Positions 21,372 to 33,079 of a stretch of 64,000 nucleotides of DNA are shown piece after piece. The notes beneath the pieces are model-generated. The model was not told where the DNA came from and did not search any database. It saw only the letters and a program-made list of their open reading frames with translations. Source of the stretch: an uncultured PS1 clade bacterium. GTDB lineage: Bacteria > Pseudomonadota > Alphaproteobacteria > MED-G09. The translations under genes were made by a program, and so were the position numbers. The stretch's first letter is position 1; the number at the start of each line of letters is the position of its first letter. The stretch covers positions 4,949-68,948 of the forward strand of contig CACLNZ010000003.1 in the NCBI GenBank assembly GCA_902608415.1. Reading direction: 5' to 3'.

Positions 21372-23009
21372 TTAATTGTAATGGATAATTACTTCTACGA
21401 AAGGTTTTTTTCCCCATATATAATTTATTTCTTTTGTAACGGCATTTTTAATTCTATTTTCTAACCTTTCATCAACTTTACTTGATTTGAGAATTTGAGA
21501 TAATCTTTCATGAATTAAATCTACTAAACGTATACCTTTTTCATCAAACTCTGGTATTCCAATAGTGTTTACAATAGGTTTTTTTTGAACTTTATTATTA
21601 ATAATTTGAATGCTTACCGTTAAAAGTCCAGAAAATGATAATTTACTTCTTTCTGAAGAATTTGACTCAAAATCATGCACTAAAATTTTACCATCTTTAT
21701 ATATTCTTCCGCTTTCAACAGTTTTCACATCTTCAAAACCATCTTTGCTGATAGTTATAAGCTCTCCATTTTCAATAACTTTCGCCTGAATTCCGCATTG
21801 ATTGGCAATATTAGCATTTTCTCTCAAATGTCTATGCTCACCATGTACAGGTATCATATATTTAGGTTTCAAAATATTAAACATTTCTATTAATTCATCT
21901 TCACATGGATGTCCTGATACATGAACAAAACTATCTTTTTCTGTAATTACATTTATGCCTCTTTTTGCAAATGTATTTTGTAAACGCAGAATACCATATT
22001 CATTACCTGGAATCATTTTTGATGAAAAAATTACCGTATCGCCTTCATCAGCATATAAATTTCTGTGTTCATCTCTAGCTATTTTTGATAGTGCTGCCCT
22101 ATATTCGCCCTGACTCCCTGTACATAAAATTAATGTCTTATCAGCAGGAAGATAGCCCGCATCTTCCTCATCTACAAAATCAGGTATACCTCTAAAATAA
22201 CCGGACTTCTTAGCGGCTCTAGCAATTTTATGCATACCCATCCCAGATAAAACAACTTGCCTATCGTTAATGGCTGCAGCCTCAGCTACTGATACTAATC
22301 TTGCTACATTAGAAGCAAATGTACTTATAAATATTCTTCCTTCAATACCTGAGATAATGTCTATTAATGAGTCTCTAACCTTTGACTCTGATCCTGATTT
22401 ACCTGGGACAATCGAATTTGTTGAATCGCATACAAGCAAATCAATATTTAGATTACTTAATTCACTAACCTTATTTTTATCAAACTTACCGCCAACAATT
22501 GGATCGTCATCAATTTTCCAATCACCTGAGTGAAAGATTTTTAAATTAGGGGTTTCTATTACAATTGCATTCATTTCTGGAATTGAATGAGAAAGTCCAA
22601 TTACTTTAATATTGAATGAACCAATCTGTAATTCTTCTTGGTCATCAATAATTACTAATTTTTCATCAAAACTAATTTTATATTCATTAAACTTTTCTTC
22701 TAATAATGAAGCAGTAAATTTAGTTGTATAGATTGGGCATTGAAGATGAGGCCATATAAATGGCATTGCGCCAATATGGTCTTCATGTGCATGTGTTAAT
22801 ATAATGCCGAGAAGGTTTTTCTTTTTTTTCGCAATGAAGTTTGGATCAGCCATTTGAAGGTCAATTCCTGGTGCTCCTGATTGAGAAAAAGTAACTCCAC
22901 AATCTATCATGATCCACTCTTCTTTACTTTCTTGAGAATAACCATAAAGATTTAGATTCATTCCAATCTCACCTGTGCCTCCTAATGGTAAAAAATAATT
23001 TTTAGACAA
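21372..23009 (-). CDS. rnj: ribonuclease J (metallo-beta-lactamase/beta-CASP family)
   Basis: 545 aa with LPLGGTGEIGMN at the N-terminus and the HAHEDHIG zinc motif. The start read from the sequence is TTG at 23009, overlapping the birA stop by 8 nt. Confidence 0.88.
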   Translation of the reverse strand: MSKNYFLPLGGTGEIGMNLNLYGYSQESKEEWIMIDCGVTFSQSGAPGIDLQMADPNFIAKKKKNLLGIILTHAHEDHIGAMPFIWPHLQCPIYTTKFTASLLEEKFNEYKISFDEKLVIIDDQEELQIGSFNIKVIGLSHSIPEMNAIVIETPNLKIFHSGDWKIDDDPIVGGKFDKNKVSELSNLNIDLLVCDSTNSIVPGKSGSESKVRDSLIDIISGIEGRIFISTFASNVARLVSVAEAAAINDRQVVLSGMGMHKIARAAKKSGYFRGIPDFVDEEDAGYLPADKTLILCTGSQGEYRAALSKIARDEHRNLYADEGDTVIFSSKMIPGNEYGILRLQNTFAKRGINVITEKDSFVHVSGHPCEDELIEMFNILKPKYMIPVHGEHRHLRENANIANQCGIQAKVIENGELITISKDGFEDVKTVESGRIYKDGKILVHDFESNSSERSKLSFSGLLTVSIQIINNKVQKKPIVNTIGIPEFDEKGIRLVDLIHERLSQILKSSKVDERLENRIKNAVTKEINYIWGKKPFVEVIIHYN

Positions 23010-23754
23010 TTTTCAATTCCTCAATAATTTCTGCGGCATAAAAAACACTTTTTTCTCCATTATGGCTTAAAATCAACCCCCCTTGATCATTTAGGTCAGA
23101 AAATATTCCATCTAGTTTTTTCCCTGTTGGTAATAACATTGAAATATTTTCATTAATTTTATAAGCAAATTTTTTCCAATCTTCTAGGATTTGAGAGAAA
23201 TTTTTTCCATTTTCCCATCTTTTAATATTTTCTAAAAGATTAATGTTCAACTTATTAAGGAACTCATTTCTATCAACATCAAAATTAAATTCTTTTTTTA
23301 AACTAGATGCCTTAAATGAACTATTTAATGGAAACTTTATAAGATTTACACCTATCCCAATTGCTAAATATTCTTTATCGGTATTTGACCTTAAACTTTC
23401 AATTAAAATACCAGCACACTTAGAGTCATTTATTATGATATCATTCGGCCATTTTAAAAAAATATCTGTCATACCTGAATTGAATCCATCAATAGTCTTT
23501 TTGAGAGCCAAAGATGTAACAAAAGATAAATGAGGTATATATTGTTTTTCAATTTCATGCTCTAAAATAAAGGTTCCCATAAAATTACCTTTTTGAGAAA
23601 CCCAATACCTATTTTTTCTTCCTCGGCCAGAGGTTTGTTCATTTGCTATAATCCAAAGTGGGAAATTACTTTTATGATTTAAAATTCTTTGAGCTTCATT
23701 ATTAGTGCTATCAATCTCATCTAAAATTATAATATCTATTTCTTTTGTGCGCAT
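23002..23754 (-). CDS. birA: biotin--[acetyl-CoA-carboxylase] ligase (group I, no HTH domain)
   Basis: 250 aa with the GRGRKNRYW biotin/ATP-binding loop. Sits in the conserved alphaproteobacterial position immediately after nuoN. Confidence 0.85.
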   Translation of the reverse strand: MRTKEIDIIILDEIDSTNNEAQRILNHKSNFPLWIIANEQTSGRGRKNRYWVSQKGNFMGTFILEHEIEKQYIPHLSFVTSLALKKTIDGFNSGMTDIFLKWPNDIIINDSKCAGILIESLRSNTDKEYLAIGIGVNLIKFPLNSSFKASSLKKEFNFDVDRNEFLNKLNINLLENIKRWENGKNFSQILEDWKKFAYKINENISMLLPTGKKLDGIFSDLNDQGGLILSHNGEKSVFYAAEIIEELKIV

Positions 23755-23761
23755 TTATAAT

Positions 23762-25207
23762 TTAATTTAAAGCTAAAGTTGCATTACTTATTATATTTGC
23801 TAAAGGCGTAATTGATTGAACAAAAATAAATCCAAGTATAAATATAAAACAGATTGAATTAATAAATCCTAAAGATCTTGAAAATGTGATTTTTTTAGTA
23901 TCCACAACCTCATCAAAAAACATTACTTTAACAAAACGTATATAATAAAATGCACCAATAACACTCGCAATAAGAGCGAAGGTTGCTAAAAAGATTAATC
24001 CCTCATTTATTAAAGAAATAAAAACGTAATATTTTGCAAAAAAACCTGCCAAAGGTGGGATTCCGGCAAAAGAAAACATATAAAGAGCTATAGAAATAGC
24101 TAAACTAGGGCTATTTACTGACAAACCAGCTAAGTCAGAAATATTGTTAATATCTTTTTCAATCCTATTTTGAATATTTATTAAGCATGAAAAGAATCCT
24201 ATATTAGCAACTATATATATAACCATATATACCAATATACTTTCAATATCACTCTTGTTTCCAGTAGATAAAGCTAGTGTTGCAAATCCCATGTGAGCGA
24301 TTGAGCTATAAGCAATTAATCTTTTTATATTGTTTTGCCATATGGCAACCACAGACCCGAGCAAAATAGAAGAAAAAGACACAAATATAATTATTTGTGA
24401 CCAACTGGATATAAAGTTATCAAATGGAACATATAAAATTCTTATTAAAATTATCATTGCAGCCATTTTTGGGACTGATGCAAAAAATGATGTAACAGGA
24501 GTTACCGCACCTTGGTAAACATCAGGTGCCCACATATGAAATGGGACAGCAGAAATTTTAAAAACTATACCCGCAAGTAAAAACGCTAAACCAAATGTAA
24601 TTCCCAATTGGTTTGATGATAAAGTTAATTGTGAAATTTCATTTAAGAAAATTGTACCGGTAAAACCATAAATTAAAGAAGATCCATACAAAAGAAGGCC
24701 TGACGATAAAGCTCCTAATATAAAGTACTTAACCCCGCTTTCAGATGAAAAAGAGTCATTCCTGTTGAATGTTGCAAGGACATATAGCGGAAGACTTTGT
24801 AATTCAATTGCAAGATAGAGAGATACTAAGTCATTTGCTGACACCATTAACGCCATCCCAAGTGTCGAAAATAAAATTAATATAGGGAATTCAAAAGCAG
24901 TTTTATCATAATCTCTTAACCAATTAGCAGACATAATAATTGATAGAGCAGAAGTAAGAAAAATAATAAATTTAGCAAAACTCGATAATTTATCTTCGAT
25001 AAAGAAACCATTAAAAGCAAAAGCCTGAATGTTATTAGATATTAATTCATTAAAAGATAAAATTAACAATGTTAGAAATGAGATAGTAATTATTAAATTT
25101 ATTGATTTTTTTTGATAAAACGAACCTATCATTAATAAACTCATAGCTGTTATGGCTAAAATTAATTCTGGAGCAATTATTATTAAACTTTCAAATAAAT
25201 CGGCCAT
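23762..25207 (-). CDS. nuoN: NADH-quinone oxidoreductase subunit N
   Basis: 481 aa, polytopic antiporter-like subunit and last gene of the nuoA-N operon. Confidence 0.92.
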   Translation of the reverse strand: MADLFESLIIIAPELILAITAMSLLMIGSFYQKKSINLIITISFLTLLILSFNELISNNIQAFAFNGFFIEDKLSSFAKFIIFLTSALSIIMSANWLRDYDKTAFEFPILILFSTLGMALMVSANDLVSLYLAIELQSLPLYVLATFNRNDSFSSESGVKYFILGALSSGLLLYGSSLIYGFTGTIFLNEISQLTLSSNQLGITFGLAFLLAGIVFKISAVPFHMWAPDVYQGAVTPVTSFFASVPKMAAMIILIRILYVPFDNFISSWSQIIIFVSFSSILLGSVVAIWQNNIKRLIAYSSIAHMGFATLALSTGNKSDIESILVYMVIYIVANIGFFSCLINIQNRIEKDINNISDLAGLSVNSPSLAISIALYMFSFAGIPPLAGFFAKYYVFISLINEGLIFLATFALIASVIGAFYYIRFVKVMFFDEVVDTKKITFSRSLGFINSICFIFILGFIFVQSITPLANIISNATLALN

Positions 25208-25209
25208 TA

Positions 25210-26703
25210 TTACTTACCTCCAGATAAATTAATAGATTCTACTAATCCAATCGATGAAACAGAAATAAGATCAAGAACAGGTGCTGGATAAATTCCAAAA
25301 AGAATAATTAATATTAATAATGGAATTAGAGTTACTTTCTCACCTAATGTCAGATCCTTTAGAGATTTTACAGCATCATTTGTTATTTTTTCAAAAATTA
25401 CTTTTCTGTATAACCATAATCCATATACCGCAGAGAGAATTACTCCACTGGCTGCAAAGAAAGCAAAAACCTTATTAAATGAAAAAATTGCCATAATGGT
25501 TAAAAACTCTCCGACAAAGCCAGTTGTTCCTGGTAAGCCAATATTAGCAAGGGTGAAAACCATTAAAAATAGAGCAAATTTTGGCATTACTGAGACTACA
25601 CCGCCATAATCTGCGATTTTTCTTGTATGCATTCTATTATAAATCACGCCTACGGATAAAAACAATGCTCCGGATATAAGGCCATGTGAAAACATCTGAA
25701 ATATACCTCCTTGGATTCCATTAATGTTAAATGTAAAGATTCCCATGGTAACAAAACCCATATGGGCAACAGAAGAATAAGCTATAAGTTTTTTTATATC
25801 CTCCTGAACATAAGCGACTATAGATGTATAAATAATTGCAATAACACTTAGGATAAAAATGAAATCAGAAAAATAAAAACTAGAATCGGGTAACAATGGT
25901 AAAGAAAACCTTAAAAAGCCATATCCACCCATTTTTAATAAAATAGCTGCAAGTATAACTGATCCTGCTGTTGGAGCTTCAACATGGGCATCTGGTAACC
26001 ATGTATGGAATGGCCACATAGGCATTTTAACGGCAAAAGAAGCAAAGAAGGCAAGCCATAATAGATTCTGTATAATACCGTGATCAATACTAAAAACATC
26101 ATAAATTATGGGTAATTCAGTGGTTCCTGATGCTAAAACAATATATATAATTGCAACTAACATCAAAACAGACCCTAAAAGAGTATACAAGAAAAACTTA
26201 AATGCTGAATAAACTCTTCTTTCGCCACCCCAAACACCAATAATTACAAACATCGGAATAAGCACACTTTCGAAAAATAAATAGAAAAGCACTATATCTA
26301 ATGCGCAAAAAGTACCTATCATCAGTGTTTCAAGTATTAAAAATGAACACATATAGTAATCAACACGATCACTTATAATGTTCCAACTAGCAATTATGCA
26401 TATAGGTGTAAGAAAAGTAGAAAGAAGAATAAATAATATTGATATACCATCTATACCCATTCTATAGGTCATAAGTCCACTCATAATAGGAAAACGCTCA
26501 TTATACTGAAAATCAGATGTATTAATGTCAAAATTATATAAAATTATTAATGATATTAGAAAAGTTATTAAGGATACAAATAGAGCTATATATTTAGAAA
26601 TATTTTGATAATTTTCTGCATTAATAATTTTTCCGACAATTATAAATGGGAGACCAATCAAGGGTAAAAAAGTCAGTATACTTAATAATGGTAAATTAAT
26701 CAT
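25210..26703 (-). CDS. nuoM: NADH-quinone oxidoreductase subunit M
   Basis: Antiporter-like subunit. The ORF track starts at TTG 26721, overlapping nuoL. The ATG at 26703, 5 nt after the nuoL TGA, gives the typical MINLPLLSILTFLPL N-terminus (497 aa). Confidence 0.92.
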   Translation of the reverse strand: MINLPLLSILTFLPLIGLPFIIVGKIINAENYQNISKYIALFVSLITFLISLIILYNFDINTSDFQYNERFPIMSGLMTYRMGIDGISILFILLSTFLTPICIIASWNIISDRVDYYMCSFLILETLMIGTFCALDIVLFYLFFESVLIPMFVIIGVWGGERRVYSAFKFFLYTLLGSVLMLVAIIYIVLASGTTELPIIYDVFSIDHGIIQNLLWLAFFASFAVKMPMWPFHTWLPDAHVEAPTAGSVILAAILLKMGGYGFLRFSLPLLPDSSFYFSDFIFILSVIAIIYTSIVAYVQEDIKKLIAYSSVAHMGFVTMGIFTFNINGIQGGIFQMFSHGLISGALFLSVGVIYNRMHTRKIADYGGVVSVMPKFALFLMVFTLANIGLPGTTGFVGEFLTIMAIFSFNKVFAFFAASGVILSAVYGLWLYRKVIFEKITNDAVKSLKDLTLGEKVTLIPLLILIILFGIYPAPVLDLISVSSIGLVESINLSGGK

Positions 26704-26707
26704 AATA

Positions 26708-28603
26708 TCAGTAAACCGCAAACCTAATTAATAAAAATCCCAGGCCAATAAGCATTGCAAATGCATAATGGTAAACATAACCAGTTTGAATTTTACTTAC
26801 ATTTCTAGAAATACTAATTACAAGAGAGGAAATGCCATCAGGACCAAGACCATCAATAATTTTTTTATCAAAAAATAACCATAAAAAATTACCAATTCTT
26901 TTTAAAGGATTTACGAATATAAAATTATATAATTCATCAAAATACCACTTGTTATATAAAAAATTATAAATAAATGACAATTTATTTGATAAGAATGATG
27001 GAACATTTTTTAAAAGCAAATAAAATAATATAGCTATAATAAAACCAATAACCATCATGACGAGTGGAATTTTCTTTACCCAAAAAGGAGAATGATGAAT
27101 TTCTTCAAGAATATGATTATCGGGATGAGTATAGATAGAGCTACCCCAAAGATCCTTTAGTTCATAAGATAGAAAAAAGTCAGAAAATAAATATCCAGAA
27201 AAAAGTGCCCCAAAACTTAACAAAAGAAGCGGTATGGTCATCGATAATGGACTTTCATGTGCTTTTGACAAAACATCTTGTGATGCTCTCGTTTTACCGT
27301 GGAAAGTTAAAAAGATAAGCCTCCATGAATAAAAACTAGTTAAAAGGGCAGAAAAAACAAGAAGATAAAAAGCATATTCATGCCCAAAAGCATGACTTAC
27401 GAAAGCTGATTCGATTATAGCATCCTTTGAGTAATAACCAGATAGTAAAGGAGCTCCAGTTAACGCTAAAGTTCCAATTAACATCATTATCCATGTAAAT
27501 GGAATAATTTTATATAAACCTCCCATCTTTTGAATATCTTGCTCATCAGACATAGCGTGGATAACTGACCCAGATCCAAGAAAAAGAAGAGCTTTGAAAA
27601 AAGCATGAGTAAAAAGATGAAAGATAGCTACTTGATACGCCCCAACACCCAAAGCAACAAACATATAGCCTAATTGAGAGCATGTTGAATAAGCAATAAT
27701 TCTTTTAATATCATTTTGAACAAGTCCAACTGTTGCTGCAAAAAATGCAGTAGATGCTCCAATAATTATAATAAATGATAACGCAAGATCAGAATTTTCA
27801 AAAATTGGTGAGCATCTTGCTACAAGAAAAATTCCAGCTGTAACCATAGTTGCTGCATGAATTAAAGCTGAAACTGGTGTAGGACCTTCCATTGCATCAG
27901 GTAGCCATGTATGTAAAAAGAGTTGAGCAGACTTTCCCATTGCCCCCATAAAAAGCAATAAACATGCTATATTTATAGTGAATTGATTAACATTATTAAT
28001 TTTTTGAAAAATAACATCAAAGCTTATTGAGCCTGTTGCTATATAAATTACCGCAATACCTAAAAGAAAACCAAAATCTCCAACCCTATTAACTACAAAG
28101 GCCTTCATTGCAGCAGCATTAGCAGATGGTTTTTCATACCAAAAACCAATCAATAGATATGATGCTAAACCTACGCCCTCCCATCCAAAAAATAACTGCA
28201 GTAAGTTATCTGATGTAACAAGCATAAGCATAGCAAATGTAAAAAATGATAAATATGAGAAAAACCTGTATTGATAAGGGTCATGACTCATATAGCCAAT
28301 AGAGTAAATATGAACTAATGCCGAAACAGAAGTAACAACAACAAGCATTACAGAAGTTAAAGTATCAAATTTTAAGGACCAAGATGCATCTATTGCCCCA
28401 GAGTTAATCCATTCGAATAAAAATTGATTACTAGTTTGATAACCGTTTAGTGTCATATAAAATAAATATGCTGAAAGAATAGAAGAAGCTAAAATTAAAG
28501 AACAAGAAATAAAATGACTAAGTCTTAATCCAAGTATTTTACCAAAAAAACCTGAAATTATAGAACCAATTAAAGGTAAGAAAACTATTAAAAATAATTC
28601 CAT
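26708..28603 (-). CDS. nuoL: NADH-quinone oxidoreductase subunit L
   Basis: 631 aa antiporter-like subunit with a C-terminal lateral-helix extension. 1-nt TAATG junction with nuoK. Confidence 0.93.
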   Translation of the reverse strand: MELFLIVFLPLIGSIISGFFGKILGLRLSHFISCSLILASSILSAYLFYMTLNGYQTSNQFLFEWINSGAIDASWSLKFDTLTSVMLVVVTSVSALVHIYSIGYMSHDPYQYRFFSYLSFFTFAMLMLVTSDNLLQLFFGWEGVGLASYLLIGFWYEKPSANAAAMKAFVVNRVGDFGFLLGIAVIYIATGSISFDVIFQKINNVNQFTINIACLLLFMGAMGKSAQLFLHTWLPDAMEGPTPVSALIHAATMVTAGIFLVARCSPIFENSDLALSFIIIIGASTAFFAATVGLVQNDIKRIIAYSTCSQLGYMFVALGVGAYQVAIFHLFTHAFFKALLFLGSGSVIHAMSDEQDIQKMGGLYKIIPFTWIMMLIGTLALTGAPLLSGYYSKDAIIESAFVSHAFGHEYAFYLLVFSALLTSFYSWRLIFLTFHGKTRASQDVLSKAHESPLSMTIPLLLLSFGALFSGYLFSDFFLSYELKDLWGSSIYTHPDNHILEEIHHSPFWVKKIPLVMMVIGFIIAILFYLLLKNVPSFLSNKLSFIYNFLYNKWYFDELYNFIFVNPLKRIGNFLWLFFDKKIIDGLGPDGISSLVISISRNVSKIQTGYVYHYAFAMLIGLGFLLIRFAVY

Positions 28604-28917
28604 TAGCCCCTCATTTTATTAATTTCATTAACATTGATGTTGCCCGAGTTTCTAAAATAAACAACAAGAATAGCTAAACCAATTGCTGCTTCGCCCGCAG
28701 CTACAGTAAGAATGAAAAGAGAAAAAATTTGTCCCGTAATATCGCCTAAAAATACAGAAAAAGAGATAAAGTTTATACTCACACTTAAGAGAATTAACTC
28801 TAAAGACATAAGTATTATTATTAAATTTGTTCTATTTAAGAAAATCCCGAAAACACCTGTAAAAAACAAGAAAGCGCTTAATATAGTATAATGATATATA
28901 CCTATTTCAAAAATCAT
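28603..28917 (-). CDS. nuoK: NADH-quinone oxidoreductase subunit K
   Basis: 104 aa with three TM helices. ATGA overlap with nuoJ. Confidence 0.92.
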   Translation of the reverse strand: MIFEIGIYHYTILSAFLFFTGVFGIFLNRTNLIIILMSLELILLSVSINFISFSVFLGDITGQIFSLFILTVAAGEAAIGLAILVVYFRNSGNINVNEINKMRG

Positions 28918-29513
28918 TCTGTTTCCTCAAATGTTATATCCTTTAATTCAACATTTTTTTCTTGATCCCTGCTTACCTGAGATGAAATATCTTGCCTTCT
29001 AACATTATCTCTATGCCTTAAAGTTAGAACTATTGCTCCAATCATGGCCACTAATAAAATAAGACCCGCAATTTGAAAATGATAAAAATGTTCCGTATAA
29101 ATCTTTGAGCCAATGATTTCTGTATTAGTTAAGCTATTTAGTTTATTATTTTTATTAATAATAAATGATTGTTCTTCAGGATAATAAACAAATAAAACAA
29201 TCATTTCAGCTATAAGAATACCAGATGTAATAATTCCTGTTTTAACAAAATTAGTTTTTTTATTTAATTCTTCAAAATTTAAATCCAACATCATTACAAC
29301 AAATAAAAACAGGACTGCTACCGCTCCTACATAAACAATAAGCATTATTAAAGCTAAGAATTCTGCTCCTGCTATTAGAAAAATTCCTGCAGCATTAAAA
29401 AATGAAAAAATCAAAAATATCACTGAATTTACAGGATTTTTTGATGTGATCACAAGTAAAGCCGAAGCAAGGATTAAAAAAGAAAAAATGAAAAATAAAA
29501 TAGAAGCAAACAT
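28914..29513 (-). CDS. nuoJ: NADH-quinone oxidoreductase subunit J
   Basis: 199-aa membrane subunit in operon order. Confidence 0.9.
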   Translation of the reverse strand: MFASILFFIFSFLILASALLVITSKNPVNSVIFLIFSFFNAAGIFLIAGAEFLALIMLIVYVGAVAVLFLFVVMMLDLNFEELNKKTNFVKTGIITSGILIAEMIVLFVYYPEEQSFIINKNNKLNSLTNTEIIGSKIYTEHFYHFQIAGLILLVAMIGAIVLTLRHRDNVRRQDISSQVSRDQEKNVELKDITFEETE

Positions 29514-29523
29514 TTATATTTAA

Positions 29524-30018
29524 TTACCTGAAAGGTGCATCCCTTTCAATGTTTCTAACTAGCGATACTTCCCATCTATCACCATTATCCAAAAGTTTTT
29601 CTTTTGTATATAAAAGCTCCTCACGTGTCTCTGTTGCAAATTCAAAATTAGGCCCTTCAACGATTGCATCAACAGGACAAGACTCTTGGCATAAACCACA
29701 ATAAATACATTTTACCATATCTATGTCGTACCTTATAGCCTTTCTAATTCCGTCTTCGTTTCTTGGCGATGCATCAATAGTTATAGCTTGAGCAGGACAA
29801 ACGGCTTCGCATAATTTACAAGCTATACATCGTTCTTCACCATTAGGATATCTTCTCAGCGCATGCTGACCTCTAAACCTTGGAGATAGCTTGCCTTTTT
29901 CAGAAGGATAATTAATGGTTACCCTTTTTCTAAAAATGAAATATTTCATGGCCGTATATAAGGCTTTTAGAAAATCGAGCTGTATAAGGTTTTTAAAAAT
30001 ATATAGTATTTTTCTCAT
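29524..30018 (-). CDS. nuoI: NADH-quinone oxidoreductase subunit I
   Basis: 164 aa with two 4Fe-4S ferredoxin motifs ([12 protein letters not shown] and [12 protein letters not shown]). Confidence 0.95.
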   Translation of the reverse strand: MRKILYIFKNLIQLDFLKALYTAMKYFIFRKRVTINYPSEKGKLSPRFRGQHALRRYPNGEERCIACKLCEAVCPAQAITIDASPRNEDGIRKAIRYDIDMVKCIYCGLCQESCPVDAIVEGPNFEFATETREELLYTKEKLLDNGDRWEVSLVRNIERDAPFR

Positions 30019-30026
30019 TGTTATCT

Positions 30027-31019
30027 CTATGGCGCTAAATCAAATATAAAAAGGACTGAAGCAGTCAAAACAACCCAAAAAAGTGATATCGGAAGAAAAA
30101 CTTTCCAACCTAATCTCATTAATTGATCATATCTATATCTTGGTACAAGAGCTTTTACCATACCAAACATAAAGAAAATGAAAGCCACTTTTAGCATAAA
30201 CCAGACTACGCCAGGAATAGCATTTAAAGGGTAAATATCAAGAGGAGGTAACCAACCACCTAAAAACAGAATCGTAATCATTGCACACATTAAAAAAGTT
30301 GCCGCTAACTCGCCAAGAAAATATAAGAGAAAGAAAGATGAAGAATATTCTACTTGATATCCAGCTACTAATTCGGCTTCAGCCTCAGGTAGATCAAATG
30401 GAGGACGATTTGTTTCAGCAAGAGCAGACACAAAGAATATTATGAACATTGGAAAAAGGGGAATAAAAAACCAAATCTTCTTTTGGGCAAGAACTATATC
30501 TGTGAGATTAAGTGAACCTACACAAAGAAGAACTGTAATAATTACAAACCCTATAGAGACCTCATAAGAAACCATTTGCGCTGCAGATCTCATAGCTCCC
30601 ATAAAAGGATATTTAGAATTTGAAGCCCAGCCACCAAGAATGATTCCATAAACTCCAAGAGATGAAATTGCAAAAATATATAAAATTCCAACATTTATAT
30701 CTGCTACCACCCAATTTTCTGCAAACGGAACAACTGCCCAAGCTGACAAAGCAACAAAACAAGTAACAAGAGGAGCCATTATAAATATTACTTTATTAGC
30801 TTTATCTGGAATTATTGGCTCTTTTAAAAGTAATTTAAGAAAATCAGCTACAGGTTGAAGTAAGCCAAATGGTCCAACAATGTTAGGTCCTCTTCTTAAT
30901 TGTACGGCCGCCCATAGCTTTCTTTCACCATAAATTCCGAGATAAGCCATCATTAGAACAGCAAAAATTACCAAAAAAGATTGAAGAAATATAAATAAAA
31001 TTGAAAGTATATATTCCAT
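30027..31019 (-). CDS. nuoH: NADH-quinone oxidoreductase subunit H
   Basis: 330 aa, ND1-like, with [12 protein letters not shown] and [19 protein letters not shown] motifs. Confidence 0.95.
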   Translation of the reverse strand: MEYILSILFIFLQSFLVIFAVLMMAYLGIYGERKLWAAVQLRRGPNIVGPFGLLQPVADFLKLLLKEPIIPDKANKVIFIMAPLVTCFVALSAWAVVPFAENWVVADINVGILYIFAISSLGVYGIILGGWASNSKYPFMGAMRSAAQMVSYEVSIGFVIITVLLCVGSLNLTDIVLAQKKIWFFIPLFPMFIIFFVSALAETNRPPFDLPEAEAELVAGYQVEYSSSFFLLYFLGELAATFLMCAMITILFLGGWLPPLDIYPLNAIPGVVWFMLKVAFIFFMFGMVKALVPRYRYDQLMRLGWKVFLPISLFWVVLTASVLFIFDLAP

Positions 31020-31024
31020 ATCTA

Positions 31025-33079
31025 TTACCTATTATTTTCTTCTTTTATATAATTATTTCTTATAGACAAATTTGAAGATGCTCTGGCAATTGAATTTGTT
31101 TGCCAATAACTGTCAATTATCCTTTTAAATTGATGTCCATTAAGCTTATTAAATTCATCTTTTTTTGGAGAAGGTAATGGTTCAAATTCTCTGTAAGGAT
31201 TAATAATAGGGAATTCTTCAATTAACTGGTTTCTTAATTCGTTAAGATTTGAAAAACCAATGTCAAAGCTCATTTCTTTTGCTAATAGATAAATTATTTC
31301 CCAATTTTCTTTTGCTTCCCCTAAAGGAAAGGTTGAACGAATTGACTCTTGAACCCTTCCCTCTGTATTCATATATAATCCATTTTGTTCGCAAAAAGCT
31401 GCTGCTGGAAAAACAAGGTCAGCAATCTGAGCACCAATATCGCCATGATGTCCTTGATAAATTACAAAACAATCATCGTTCTTCTCTAAGTTTAATTCAT
31501 CTGCACCAAGAAGATATAGAAGATCTAGTTTTTTATTATTATAATTAGAAAGTATTTCATCAGTTATCATACCTTTGTCTGACGGAAGAAAACCAATGCT
31601 CATTGCCCCAGCTCTTGAAGCTGCAGAGTGAAGGACATTAAAACCATTCCAATCATTATTTATAAAATTGAATTTGTAGGCAAGATCAATACAAATATTT
31701 TGGAAATTTTCAGCATCCTCACCTATTAATGCACCCTGCCCTAAAATCATCAAAGGTTTGTTCATTGATGATAAATCATCACAAAAATTATTATTTCCAA
31801 TTAAAATATCTTCAACAATTGATGGATTTTCTCCTAAAAAATCAAAATCAAAAGTTATGTCATTATTGAATCCAATTACACCAATTTTATATTCATCATC
31901 TCTCGATTTTCTAAGCAATCTTGAATTTAAAAGAGGTGCCTCTTTTCTTATGTCGGAACCAATAATTAGACACCCATCAGAATCTTCAATACCGTTAAAA
32001 GTTGAATTAAAAAGCCATCTCTCCGGTGGTCCAGAAATTCTTGAACCATCTTGCCTACAATCAAAATTATCACTTCCTATGTTTTTCATTAATTTTTTGA
32101 GAGCATAAACTGTTTCAATATCTACTAGATCTCCTGAGAGTGCAGAAATTTTTTCTGATTTACTATTAGAGATTTTTTCTTTTGCCAATTCTAATGCACT
32201 TTTCCAGGATGTTGGCTTTAAAATACCATCAACTCTTTTATAAGGTTTATCAATTCTTTGATTGTTTAAGCCATCCCAAAAAAATCTAGTCTTATCAGTT
32301 ATCCATTCTTCATTTATATCTTCATTTAGTCTTGGAAGGACTCGCATAACCCTTAAACCCTTCGAGTCAATTCTAATATTTGACCCCATAGCATCCATAA
32401 TATCTATAGTTTCAGTTTTATTTAACTCCCATGGTCTAGCAGAGAATGCATAAGGCTTAGAAGTTAAAGCGCCTACAGGACATAAATCAATGACATTTCC
32501 GGAAAGCTCAGACTCTACAGCTTGATTAAGATATGTTGTTATCTCCATATCATGACCTCTACCAATAGAGCCTATCTCATCATTACCAGATATTTCAGAA
32601 GAAAATCTAACACATCTTGTGCAATGAATGCATCTAGTCATTTCTGTTTTAATAAATGGACCCATATCTTTAGATTCAACAGCCCTTTTATCCCCCTCAA
32701 ACCTACTAGATCCGTATCCAAAAGCCATTGATTGATCTTGTAAATCGCACTCACCACCTTGATCACAAATTGGACAATCAAGAGGATGATTCATTAATAG
32801 AAATTCTAAAGCACCTTCTTGAGCATTTTTCACTCTCTCAGATTTAGTATAAATCTTTAAACCCTCTGATACTTGCATTGCACATGAAGCAATTGGCTTA
32901 GGACTTAACCCTCTTGAGTCTTCTACATCGACAAGGCACATTCTACAATTACCAGCAATAGATAATTTTTCATGATAACAAAATCTTGGAACTTCAACTC
33001 CAGCAATTTCACAAGCCTGAATAATAGCTAAACCATCTTCAACCTCATAATCTTTGTCATCAATTTTAATATTAACCAT
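31025..33079 (-). CDS. nuoG: NADH-quinone oxidoreductase subunit G
   Basis: 2Fe-2S and 4Fe-4S cysteine clusters ([15 protein letters not shown]; [17 protein letters not shown]; [10 protein letters not shown]). The ORF-track start (33124) lies inside nuoF. The ATG at 33079 gives [13 protein letters not shown] and the common 8-nt overlap ATGGTTAA with the nuoF stop (684 aa). Confidence 0.93.
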   Translation of the reverse strand: MVNIKIDDKDYEVEDGLAIIQACEIAGVEVPRFCYHEKLSIAGNCRMCLVDVEDSRGLSPKPIASCAMQVSEGLKIYTKSERVKNAQEGALEFLLMNHPLDCPICDQGGECDLQDQSMAFGYGSSRFEGDKRAVESKDMGPFIKTEMTRCIHCTRCVRFSSEISGNDEIGSIGRGHDMEITTYLNQAVESELSGNVIDLCPVGALTSKPYAFSARPWELNKTETIDIMDAMGSNIRIDSKGLRVMRVLPRLNEDINEEWITDKTRFFWDGLNNQRIDKPYKRVDGILKPTSWKSALELAKEKISNSKSEKISALSGDLVDIETVYALKKLMKNIGSDNFDCRQDGSRISGPPERWLFNSTFNGIEDSDGCLIIGSDIRKEAPLLNSRLLRKSRDDEYKIGVIGFNNDITFDFDFLGENPSIVEDILIGNNNFCDDLSSMNKPLMILGQGALIGEDAENFQNICIDLAYKFNFINNDWNGFNVLHSAASRAGAMSIGFLPSDKGMITDEILSNYNNKKLDLLYLLGADELNLEKNDDCFVIYQGHHGDIGAQIADLVFPAAAFCEQNGLYMNTEGRVQESIRSTFPLGEAKENWEIIYLLAKEMSFDIGFSNLNELRNQLIEEFPIINPYREFEPLPSPKKDEFNKLNGHQFKRIIDSYWQTNSIARASSNLSIRNNYIKEENNR